DNA of 64,000 bases. It comes from the human T2T-CHM13v2.0 reference genome, Homo sapiens. The notes beneath the pieces are model-generated. The model did not search any database. It saw only the letters and a list, made by a program, of their open reading frames with translations, and had not been told where the DNA came from. A program made the position numbers and the translations under genes. Below are positions 29,078 through 41,472 of the stretch, piece by piece. Location: assembly GCF_009914755.1 (NCBI RefSeq), contig NC_060933.1; one strand, 5' to 3'. Each line of letters begins with the position of its first letter. Position 1 is the first letter of the stretch.

Positions 29078-30164
29078 TTAGGAACCTTTAAAAATCCTAG
29101 GGAAAAAGTCTGCTCTTAGGCTTGGATGTAATGGCCCAGAACATGAAAAAGACACAAGAGAATACATCCAATTGATAGGTGCCTTTTCTCAGCTAAAAGG
29201 TGTTATTTCTACATTACATGCCTCCACTTTGCATGAATCTACCTGGCAAGAATATCTCATGCTATTGCTTATTTATTTATTGCCGTGGGAAACTGAGAGC
29301 CATTTTACTATAGGAGATGCAAGCCAAGCAAAAGCAGATTTCCTGAGCAAGGATGTCTCAAGAGACATCTCATAACACATCACAGGATTAGCAGAGTTCT
29401 CAAAACAGTAATAGATGCATTTCTATCACCTGAAACAGCTGACAGAAAAAAAAACATGGAGGAAACATGTTGCAAATTTTCTTTATACTCTGTCAAGGGT
29501 TTTTCTCGGGACACAGCTTCATGAGAGTTCTATGCTCACCTATTTAACCACCTCTGGGAACAAAAGGACAGGAATGAGTACATGCAACACAAACTACTCC
29601 CATTCCACCAAGGCGTCTACACTTACTTGCTCATCTCCCAACCCACCATCTGGGTGAGGAAGGGCACAGTGGATGTGACAATGAGGATGAAAACACGTGG
29701 TAAGATGGTGGAGGCGGCCAGAAGAGGCAGCATTGGTCTGGCTCTTCCTGATTGAGAACATCAATCCAAGGCATCAGGCACCTCTCCTTTGCTCTTCTCT
29801 CCTTCTCTCCAGAGCCCAGCAAAGACACAATGGCGCTACCCCTATTGGCAACAACACCCTCTGCCCTTCCAAGCCCCACGGGACTCCCTATTACTCTACT
29901 TTACCCTATGTCTGTTCTTTTCCCTGGCACTCATTCAACTGCAAATGTGAGGTCAAGGTAAGGAAGCCCAACGCTGATAAGTTGATGAGGAGAAGGCCCT
30001 GGGCCAGGAGTAAAGTGGGCCTAGGAATGCCAACTGCCTGCCTGGCACCTCCAGTGGAATTAAGCTTTTCTTACATTTCTCCAGAACTAGCATGAGAGTC
30101 CAGCTGCTCTTTCTTTGGCCACAGAGTCTTTGTCCAGAATGCAAACGAGGAACACAGGAAGCTG

Positions 30165-30444
30165 CTTTTTTTTTTTTTTTTTTTTTTGAGACAAGGTCTC
30201 ACTCTGTTACCTAAGCTGGAGTGCAGTGGCACGATCACAACTCACTGCAGCCCTGACCACCCAGGCTCCTAAGTAACTGGGACCACAGGCATGGGCACCC
30301 ACGCCCAGCTAATTTTTGTATTTTTGGTAGAGACCAGGTCTCACCATGTTGCCCAGGCTGGTCTCGAACTCTTGGGCTCAAGCAATCTGCCTGCCTTGGC
30401 TTCCCAAAGTGCTGGGATTACACGCGTGAACCACCACACCTGGC
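30165..30444 (-). mobile_element. Alu (J family, internal deletion)
   Basis: Poly-T followed by antisense arms. Confidence 0.9.
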
Positions 30445-33400
30445 AAAGCTGATTTCTTAAGGTTTCTCTGATCATGGTCATACCAACTGAGAATGGCTCA
30501 GAGGCCACAGCATTAGATATATTTTAAGGCAAAAAATTATAAAAATCTTTTACTTCTTTGTATGCATGCTATAGATGTTTCTACCATTATCTGTTTTTCT
30601 GCTTTTAATGAAAGCCCCAAGAAAATAAAGGCACAGTGATGGAAAAAGAAATGAACACACAAAATCCATCCAATGTTTAATTCTAAATCTTTCCTGGAAA
30701 GCCCTAGAAAAGAGACCTGCTAGCTCCAAATATAAAGCAGCCCCCTAGATGTGCCCTGCTGGGCATTCCCAGTGCTCAGGCTCATTGGCCAGCCAGCTGT
30801 CACTGAAAATGGCAGAGATGGGCTTGGGCAACAAGATTATTTGCAGGCAAAGGGAAAGCAATGTTGTGTTTGGCTTCAGTCACACATACACTAAAGAGAA
30901 GCAACGCTTAAAGCCCAATGAAGAAAAAACAAACAAAAAGAAGTAGTAAGTCAAAGGAAGCTGCTTGAGGATACGGAAGAAAAGACCCAGTCCTGAGCCG
31001 AGCAGCGCTGGAACACTGCGTCTCTCGGGCTCCACCTCTGTGCCTCCCAGGATATCGCCCTTCCTGCAGGAAGCAAGAGACCCATGCTGATATGACAGGA
31101 GGTTTCTGATACCATTTCTTGTGAAGACATTGCAAACTATCAGCAGCATGCCAGGCGGCACCAGGGGAGCTCTGGACAGACTTGCTAAGGCTTCATTCAC
31201 AGGCCCCCCTCAAAGTGCTCCCCACTGCAGGGCACTCAGAGTTATTACAGAGGTCAAAGAGAAGAGCCAGGCCAACCCGAAGGAGCCCACCAGACCTGGC
31301 AATGCCTCCTAGTAGAGCCCATCACTGCTGGAGACAGCAGCAAGCTTAGACCCTTCATCCAGGGGTGAGTTTGGGCAGAAAGTGGCCGAGACGCCAAAGC
31401 TGCAAAGGGGAAGGAGAAAAAAATTCAAAGTTCAAATGGTCCTTAGAGATCATCTGCTGCAATCTCCTCATTCTACAGGTTTTTATAGAAAAAGCAAATG
31501 ATCAAAATACCCTGAGGTTAGTTATGTGGGAAAAAAAGATTCAGTAAGCAGGGCAGGAATACTTCACCCCACTTTCAGTCACAGATTTTAGAAAAGATAT
31601 ATGTAACGAATCCAAAATGCACAGCCATAAAAGGTGCTTATTTAGCCAAAAATAAAAAATAAAAAACTTTCACAAAATTAGTCTGCCATTGTTTTTAAAT
31701 TATTACATGTCTTACCAATGCTCAAAAATATATCACAAGAGTTACAGAGACAAGAGAGTTAAACCTGGCAATCTTTTAAAGGCAAACTGAACAAAAATTA
31801 AAGTCATCTTGTATTATTAGAACAAGTCACAGGAAATGGGTCATCTCTCTAGGACAAGAGGAAAATTGCATTTGCCATCTGCAGAAAGAACGCATACTAT
31901 AATGAAGGAGCTCTGCAAAGCGCAGGTCCTAAATATCAATTCACATGGCAAGAAAATACCAAAACAAACCCACCACAAAAATGTACTCAGGCTGATTGGG
32001 TATAACAAAAGTAAAGGCCACTGCTATTGCCATCACCCTTAACTATCTGTATGGAAATACAATCAGAAAAAGATGTTAAGGCTTGCAAGTCACTGAGAAG
32101 AGGGTTTTCAAATCATTAAGTGAGGAAGATGCCTACACATGCCTACAGCACCTTCTCCCCTTCCAGCATACGCACTGCATCCGATTCTGAAACCCACTGG
32201 TCCGTGATAGATTATCCAGCACTGGCTCACTAACTCTCTGCTGGTAATCATGAACCAATCTCAAGTCCCTGCCCTCTGGAAAAGGAAGGAGGATTTTACA
32301 TTGTGTTCAGTAACAATTTATTTTTGCTTTACGGACCAGAGTAAGTATTGCAAAAGAAAGTTAATCATTGCCTAAACACACACTCACAAATTCCTTCCTT
32401 TGAATGTATTAAAGCACCCAACTTCCCCTCTCACCAGCTCACAGCCACATGATGTCTCACAGAAGCACCAACTTGGAAGTTCTCTAAATCGTACGCAAAT
32501 GTGCAAGTCAGAGAATCTGAGGAACCTCTTTAGCATCTGTTTAAGAAAGATGTGATGAGGAATTAAATGGGTGGGTGGTATTCACATGAAAGGGATGGGT
32601 AGGGGGGCTACAGAAATCACTGGTAGACTGAAAAGGGACTGGGTAAATCACAGAAGCATTCCTCTTTAGAAGCAACTAGATGCCTGCAGTTACCAGTAAA
32701 TACATGGTGGTAGAAGATCTCACCAATCACCCTGTTGCCCCTACAGTAAAAGAAAATGTAGGAAAGAAACAATAAAAATGAAAAAAATTTTTCAACATAA
32801 AAAAGAAACAAAAAAATTCTATTTCTATTTTTTAGCAAGTGATGCTGATTAAAAAAAAAATTCTTGGAAAGCACAATTAATTCATGATTTTAGTTTTCCA
32901 AAGGGAAAAAAAATGAGGCTATCTCCTAGAAATATATGTAACTATGTGTCTAAACATCACTGTTCGCTTCCGGTAACAGAGCCAAAAAGTCTGGCTAGAT
33001 CTCTTTTTCTTTAATTTGTGGGTCAATTATGTGTGTATAAACACACACATATTGTATATGTGTGTATATACACACACACACACTATAATGGCATTAGTAA
33101 CATTTTCGTTCCCAACTGCACCACAATCCATTACTTGAAAACAACTATTTTATTTCTAAAGCAGACATATTGTTCACAATCCATGATTAATCCTGTAATA
33201 AAGGTGCACAGATTGTCAGATTTCAAAGAACTTGTGTGTGTAACAGCTTTCCATTGGAACAGCTGGATCAATTGCTATTGGCTTTTAACTGGAAACAATA
33301 TGAGAATGTTCAACCGAAACATTGTCCCAAGAGAACAAATGAGAGGAAGGCAAGAAGGCAAAAACTGTTCCATCTTTAAAACGGAATTCCTTTCACTGTG

Positions 33401-34300
33401 CGCCCGGTGGCCCACAAAACAGCAAAGAGGAGTGGAAAATGGAGGACATATGGATGATGCCTATTAGAAGAAAGCAGGGAATTTAAATTCACTTCTTCTG
33501 ATTACCCTCCATTCTTTTTGGAATCCAGCTTTCCACACACATCCCTAGTTACTGATAATAGAATCATCAGGAATTGCGATAAAGATACAAGAGCAAGGAT
33601 CTTTGCCTTCACGGAGCTTCCAATCCACTTAGAAACACAAGGTAAAATCATCCGCATTCCCCAGTCCTGTGATCCCCAGGAAGCTCCTACAATGGCCTTC
33701 AGATTATTTTGTCTCTTTCTGTGTATGAAAACCCAATAGAAAAGCCAAAGCCAGGAAGGATAAAGTCAGAAGGGCATGTCAGTACGAGGACATCAGCTAC
33801 AATACAAGAACTATGCAAAGTGCTTAGTCTTTCCTGTCGGCAAATAAGACATAAGGAGCATCTCACACAGCACATTATTTGGCACATAGTAGGTGCTCAT
33901 ATTTGTTCATTTGACTAGCATTCTGCATGAAACTGTTCCTTCTTAAGTTATGCCTGGTTAAAAAAAAAAATTAGAGGAAATATTTTTTAATAACTGACAA
34001 GTATATGTTGAAAAAATGGATTTGAGATATCTTCATAATTTGATTTTTAAGTAATACTAATTTTGTTCTTTAAAATTAACCATAAAGGCTTTTAACAAAA
34101 TATTCTGCACTGATTATGGCTATGTATAAAGGTTAACAACAGAGCTGTATAGTTAATCCAATTTGGGATTCTCGGCACTGCAACATGGACATTTATTTTT
34201 GTTTTTAAAGCCCAAATTCATGACCACCTAGGATGTGTTAACTCATTTCATCAGTATGCCTAGGTCCTTTTACTACATGTTAGATGAGAAATCAGACAGA

Positions 34301-34426
34301 TTTTTACATATCGGTAATGTAACAAATCAAAGGTGATTGTTGAACAACTTCCTATAATTTTATTTTTTACATATCGGTAATGTAACAAATCAAAGGTGAT
34401 TGTTGAACAACTTCCTATAATTTTAT
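34301..34426. repeat. Perfect 63-bp tandem duplication (2 copies)
   Basis: 34301-34363 is identical to 34364-34426. Confidence 0.95.
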
Positions 34427-34879
34427 CAGTAACAGCTATTCACACAAAATAGTGTTTGGGTCTGAGAGCAGCTCTTTCTTTAATGTTACTCCATTCGGCA
34501 GAACAAGAGTAAACGTTCACGGTTTACTGTAGTCAGTTATTGCCACAGATTTAATTACCAACAATCGCACATTTTACCTTCTATTGCTATTTCACACTTC
34601 ACTAGGATTAAGTCTGCAGAGATCTTAACATAACTTAAAAGGCATTACAAAAGTTTTCCTTTGAAAAATGTGACTGCCTCCCGTTCCAACCAGGAAATTT
34701 GACTTTAAAATTTGTTGCTTCACAAACTTGTATTTTCCTCAACCCAATACAGAGGAAACAGATTCCCTCCACCTTCTGAGGGAGAAAGCAATCCTAACCT
34801 CCTTATAAAATGGCTTCTGTCTCTTCCAAGATGTACCCTTTGAGCTCCCTATTTTCCCTCTACAACATCCAATCAACAT

Positions 34880-34910
34880 TTCTACTAATATTAACAGAAT
34901 ATTAGTAGAA
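34880..34910. repeat. Perfect inverted repeat, 13-bp arms with 5-nt loop
   Basis: TTCTACTAATATT-AACAG-AATATTAGTAGAA. Confidence 0.9.
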
Positions 34911-36459
34911 TAACTCCCCTTAAAGAAAAATTAATATGAATGCTGGAATCAAAACCTTCCTTAGAGAATCTTGTTAATTTCTTTTCAAGTGTAAGTGTGC
35001 CTGGATCATAAAGAAAAATCTGTTCCTTTTTTCTGCTAAGTTTAGCATAGCACGCAGCCTCACAACTGCAAAGGCTGTTTCAGGTCCTAAAAAATTCATG
35101 GGTAATAAAAATCGTAACTGTTTTTAATAGGCACTTCTGAAAACTGAACATAAGCCATTTCTCCTAAAGTAGAGCTGAGATGGTTTTCTTTTTTAATGAA
35201 AAAGATTCTATCAAATTTATTTATATTAAAATGGCTACTAAATTAGTCTTCTGGTTCTCCTTTCTAAACTTACTTTAGAATATGTGAATAGATAAACCTG
35301 CAATATTTTCACTGTTCAGCAGGGTTTTAATTTGTGTCAGATTTGCCATATGAAGAAATAGCATATAGGGGTAAGGATGGGACATTATATGGAGATCCAG
35401 ACGATGAATCTACGTAGTTCAATGCAAAAAACTTATTCCGAAGGCTTTGTTATACAGTCAGAGCCACAGTTTTGATTTTTATGAGGGATGTTCCCACTTT
35501 GTTCTTCTGATATAAACTATAAGTACTTTGTTTCAACAACAACAAAAAAGGGAACTGTATCCAAATAAATCCTGACATTCAGAAACATATTCAACACTTG
35601 GAAGCTAAAAGAGTAGCAAAAAATAAAACCTGTTGGTCCTTAAAGCAGTCTCATAAACACCATATTTTGCTATTTTTAGGGAGCTGCTGTTATTGAGGTT
35701 ACTTAGACCAAGGCTTTCACTCAATGGTTCTGAGTCACCATCCTAGATGGCACTGACCTCTAGGTTAATTCAGGCAATCAACATACCCACTCCAGTGAAC
35801 CCTACTGAGGAGCAGTGGGAAGCGTGCTCTTTTCCAGATGTGTAGAAATTAACTTCCCATACAGCTTAAATTGGCTACAGCACTTCCAGCCTTCCAAGCC
35901 CCTTCTTGGTCTAAAACTGTATAGCTTTCAGTACAAATGCATATCCTTCATATTAAAAATGTTCTAACTGCAATTCCTGAAATTCTGTATTTAATTATGG
36001 TGGTTTTCCTCACGTTATTGTATAAGTCAATCACAAACACCCATTTAGTCATCACCTGTGCTCTACAGAGTATTAAAAATTCACTGAGCCCTGTACCATG
36101 GAGAAAAATGTATGGTAAAAAGATGAGAGGGTTAAACTAGCCTCTACACAATAAAAAGTAATAAAAATATAGAATGGTTTTTCTTTTCTTTAAACTTTCA
36201 TACTTTAAGCATGACTGTTACCATTCTCAAATACATCCAGTACAGAACTGTAATACACTGGTTCAATGTGTGATGCAACATCTTACATTAACACTTCCTA
36301 TCCTGGAATGCATTTATAATCAGTTGGCTCAAAGAGTTACACACAATTTTTTTAAGATCCTGATTTTATCTGCCACAGATAAAAACATTATATATTCCTA
36401 TGTTTCTATACATTTATTCATTATTGTCTGGTCTAATTTCCAGCAGGAGGGTAATAAAT

Positions 36460-36595
36460 AAATTCATTTACTCAGCCAATATTTATTGAGAGCATTCTAC
36501 GAGTTAGATACTGTGCTTGAAGCTGGGATTTAATAGTGAGCAAAACAGACACAACCTCTACTCTCATATGTTTGCAGTGTACAACAGGAAGAAAA
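36460..36595 (-). mobile_element. L2 3' fragment
   Basis: ATTCATTTACTCAGCCAATATTTATTGAG ... ACTGTGCT ... GTGAGCAAAACAGAC. Confidence 0.65.
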
Positions 36596-36641
36596 TCTGT
36601 GCTCATATATAAAATTCATTTCAGAAGACCAAGACCATTTA

Positions 36642-36885
<244 letters not shown>

Positions 36886-39633
36886 AAGACTGGCCTAAAC
36901 TTTGCCTGTTTCAATAGCGATAATTCAATCAATTAAAGGGGTTTACTAAGTCTTCCTATTTGATAATTAAGATCTAAAGAGTAAAAGACTTCAAAAACGT
37001 GTAAAATAAGAACAGGTTAACAGGAAAAAAATGTTTCTTCTAGGAACTGAAAAAAATTTCAGGATAACTATATGTAACATGAAGCAGGCACTCAAGGCCA
37101 CTTGTATTACACAGACTTACAAATTATATTAAATGAGGTTATCTATGTACCATCAACAGAAATATTTAGTGAATATTCATGAAAATTAATCAATTAAAGA
37201 AAATATGTGCTTTATACCTACAAAATATATAAAAACATTAACCAAGTTAAAATGAAGTATGCTCTTGTATATCTACATAGAATACAAAGAGTAAGTTTTG
37301 AGTGTCAAACACTAACATAAATGAATTCAAAGAATGAATAAGTTAAAAGACAACAAGAAAATAATTCAAAATTTAATGTAATATTCTTATAGTGGTAGAT
37401 TTCAGGGTTCACGTTTCTAAAGTTAAAATAAAAATATATAATATATAAGCATACGGAATAAATTTGGAAGACTGGCATAGTTGCCGAATATAAATCAACA
37501 TAGCCCAAATTTTACTGCCATACTTTCATCTAGTCAGGTACCCACTAATTGTCTTTTTAAATGTCTCCATATTATTAATACACAAAAGTAAATAATTACA
37601 TGAGCAAATGCAAGGGTACCCACTTTTATCCCTGTCAAACAAATCCTCTTCCATTAAAATGGTATCAAGCCTTGAACTAAAATTTACTTTGAAAACAATT
37701 TTACATTGATTTTCATTTCAAAATACTTATTCCTCCATAAACTAGTTAAAAATATTAGTAGATCTTTAAACTGTGAATGGATACATCTTATAATCTCCTC
37801 TAGATAGGTTTGTTTAAATGATAGAAGGAACCAGAACATTCAGTGTACTCATCAAAGCAGCGAATCAGGAATTCCTCAAATGAAATCCCTCCCTAATATC
37901 TTCCTTGTTGAAATCAACCGTCCTGGATTCAAAAACTCCTGAAATCACACTCATACACATACACGCACGCACAAATCCACATTTAGCGTATATTACTACA
38001 GAAATAGTGTAAGTATTGTAGTATTCATGTTGCAAAAGCAATATACCAAGAACATGAAGCAGTAGCAATTCTTGCATGATGTTCCGCTAATAAGAGGAAA
38101 AAAAAGTTCTCCACACTACCACCACTTTAGCAGTAAAATTGGTTTACACTTTTTCTCAGAAAATTATCTCCAAGTTCATTTTTAAAAGCACAGTGTTATT
38201 TAAATACACAGTATGGAATTAAGCATCCATGTAAGTGTATTTCCCTTAGACATTCAAACCTAGGCCCACTGAGAAACTCCCTGGGCTTTAACTCTTAGCT
38301 GCTGGGAAACTCAGAGCTGTCACTTTTCAGGCAAATAGGGTTGGCTGGAGAGACCTCAACTGCCCAGTTCACAATTAAACAGAAACAAAGACTGTCAACA
38401 GGGCAATAAAATAAAAAAAAAACACAATTCTTAAAACAAGTCTCTCTAAAATACGTGCGTTTCCCCTTAATTATACACTTAAAACACTCTTATTTCTTTT
38501 GTTCTTTATTTTCTTCTCAACCTTGAGAACTCAGAAAACATTCAACTGCCTGTTTTCAGCCACTAGAAGTAGCTCAAAATGAGAATTAAAAAAAAAAAAA
38601 TCTTTACTTTCCAATTGCAGTTTGCCTCCTCCCTGGCTTCATTCCCCTAAGCCCAACTCTTTCATCCAGTGCTTTTGCCTTCTGCTTTTTATAAACATGT
38701 GCACATTTATCTAATTGAGTTTCAAAATGAAGACATAAAGAAAGCATGTCATGTGAATTAACTATTAGTAACTATGTGTGTGATCAGTATATTTTGTTCC
38801 TGCTTGTAAATGATCCAGTACATAAGCAGTTCATTCCCAAAGGCAATTGGTTCCTTGAGCCAGCAAATGGAATGCTCAAGATAAGAAAGAAAATGCATGC
38901 TTCTCACAAACACCAACTAACAGTACAATATTCTTTTCTTACAGAAATGTTTGAGAAACACATTTATTATACATGCAAATACCCAGAACACAAGTGCAGA
39001 CATTTTTCAGGCCCGTTACTGCAAAGCTGTTTGCTCTTCCTGCCACAGTAGCTCAGGGTTCTGTCACTGTGGCTTGTATATGAACCCTGATCGCTTGATT
39101 CTGAACATCCTCCCAGAGATAATCATCAATAAATTTCTATTTGAGAAATGGCATTTTCTTGCTAACTTAGTGTTGAAGCAGAATTTTTTTTTCAAGACTA
39201 GAGGGAAATTTTTCCTGTATGCTTCCCGTTTTTCCTTCTCGCCCAGATTCCAAAGACATTAAAATGCTATCTGTTTTAAACAAAAGGTTTCTATTTGTTG
39301 CCAAGAGAGTAACTGAGAGACTGCACTGGTTTTCGGTAGTAACTATTGTGAATTGAGGCCTACATCTAGGTTGCCTCATTAAACAAAAGATACCGGTCGC
39401 TGTCAACAACCACACAGCACAACGCTCCCCTACCCTCATCTTTATCTAGAAGGAATGGTGCAGACGAGAATAACGCCTGTCACCATCCACTGGCCAACTC
39501 TTCTAGGCTCCCTCCTTTCGATGGTCTGGTGGCTAGAGAACAGCACTTGTGTGACACATTTGGGCTTGCCCTCCCGCCTCGCCCCCAGTACACAGACCCT
39601 TTCCTTGGAGGGCCAACCACTTGGCTTCCTCAC

Positions 39634-39682
39634 CATGAGTGCTCCGGGAATCCAGCTGCGAGTCTGCCCACCGTTCCCCCAT
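39634..39682 (-). CDS. GNAQ: Candidate alternative first coding exon of GNAQ: MGERWADSQLDSRSTH(G)
   Basis: Strong-context ATG (GGA ATG G) at 39682, then 49 nt (16 codons + 1), then donor ATG|GTGAGG at 39633. Same phase 1 as canonical exon 1. Confidence 0.55.
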
Positions 39683-39934
39683 TCCCTCCTGACCCCATAG
39701 GGCACTGATAATGGATGCACACCGGCCACTCCACCGCAGGCCATCCCCCAACGTGCCCCGGCTCCGCTCGCCACCCGCTGGGCCACACACACGGCTCCCC
39801 ACGCCACCACCCCATGGGGTGCCGCGGCCACGACACTGGAAGTTCAACCCCTCTGCCCACCTTTCCACCCCCGCGCCTCTGGTCGGAGTGATCTGCCATT
39901 TAGCAGATGCACAGCAGATAAGGTACAGCCCTCA

Positions 39935-40654
<720 letters not shown>

Positions 40655-40771
40655 TCAGACGCCCGCGCCTCCTTCCCCGGGAACAGGCGGCCCGCCTCGC
40701 CCCCCGAGCCGCCGCCGCCGCCGCCGCCTGCGAGGCTCCCCTACGCCGTGCGCCTGGCGGCGAGAGCTCAT
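40655..40771 (-). CDS. Candidate uORF, 38 aa: MSSRRQAHGVGEPRRRRRRRRLGGRGGPPVPGEGGAGV
   Basis: Hand-translated from ATG 40771 to TGA 40657-40655. It is the only minus-strand ATG between 40355 and 41047. Kozak context is weak (TGA ATG A). Translation is not shown. Confidence 0.4.
   Translation of the reverse strand: MSSRRQAHGVGEPRRRRRRRRLGGRGGPPVPGEGGAGV
40708..40728 (-). repeat. (GGC)7 trinucleotide repeat in the GNAQ 5' region
   Basis: (GCC)7 on the + strand, counted directly. Confidence 0.95.
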
Positions 40772-40939
40772 TCACCGGGGTGTCCCCGCAGCGAGCGGCC
40801 GCCGACGGCTCCCCGCGCCCGGCGCGCCCGCTCCTCGCCGCCGCCTGACACGGCTCCCGGGCGCCCTCGGCCCTGTCCGCGCCCACCGCCCGGCTCGCGC
40901 GCAGACCCGGTTCCCGTCCCGCCCGGCAACCGCGCGCTC

Positions 40940-40990
40940 CTCCGCCTCCGCCTCCGCCCCCGCCCCCGCCAGACGCCCACCCCCTGCCCC
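40940..40990 (-). promoter_or_regulatory. Tandem GC boxes (Sp/KLF, EGR1-type GCGGGGGCG) with G-quadruplex potential
   Basis: Minus strand reads GGGGCAGGGGGTGGGCGTCTGGCGGGGGCGGGGGCGGAGGCGGAGGCGGAG. Confidence 0.7.
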
Positions 40991-41461
40991 GATTGCCAGG
41001 CGCGGAGCGGCTGCTCAGTGCGAGCCCTCCCCCTCGCCACACACACACATTTTCTTCTTTCTCTGAACTGGAGCACAGATCCGGGAGGGAGGAGGCGGCG
41101 GCGAAAGGAGGAGGAGGAAGAGGCGGAGGGGATGGGCGCGGGAGGAGGGAGCCGGGAGGCGGTGCCGCCCGGCCCCTCCTGGAAGGCTTTCCTGGGCTCG
41201 CGGCCGCCGCGGCGCGCCTCCCAGTGCGGCTCTCGCCTCGCCCGCGCGGCTCCCGGGCTGGAACGGCCCCCGCGGGCTCTGCGGACGCCTACTGCTCCCG
41301 CACCCTCGGCAGAGTCCGCGGGCGCAGCAGTCACGGCCGCCCCCGGCCGAAGTCGGGGCCAGACCCGGCCGCCGACGCGCAGCCCGAGCCGGCGGCCGCC
41401 GTTGCGTGCCAGGGCCGCAGCCGACCTGCGGCTGCCGTCCGGCCGGGCGTGGTGAGACAGG

Positions 41462-41472
41462 AATATGGCGGC
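41462..41472 (+). promoter_or_regulatory. YY1-like motif
   Basis: AATATGGCGGC matches AANATGGCGGC. Confidence 0.5.

Noticed and set aside
30735-30755. CTCF-like CAGCCCCCTAGATG, and similar words near 35745, 53445 and 63080
   Set aside because: Each mismatches the conserved 5' CC of the core, so they are much weaker than the 44708 site.
33018-33467. 149-aa ORF and an 18-bp palindrome at 33059-33076
   Set aside because: GTG start, no domain, antisense intronic. The palindrome follows trivially from adjacent TG/TA/CA microsatellites.
41015-41050. Second upstream ATG (MCVCGEGEGSH*)
   Set aside because: It lies upstream of the GC-box array and is probably outside most transcripts. It is only 11 codons.
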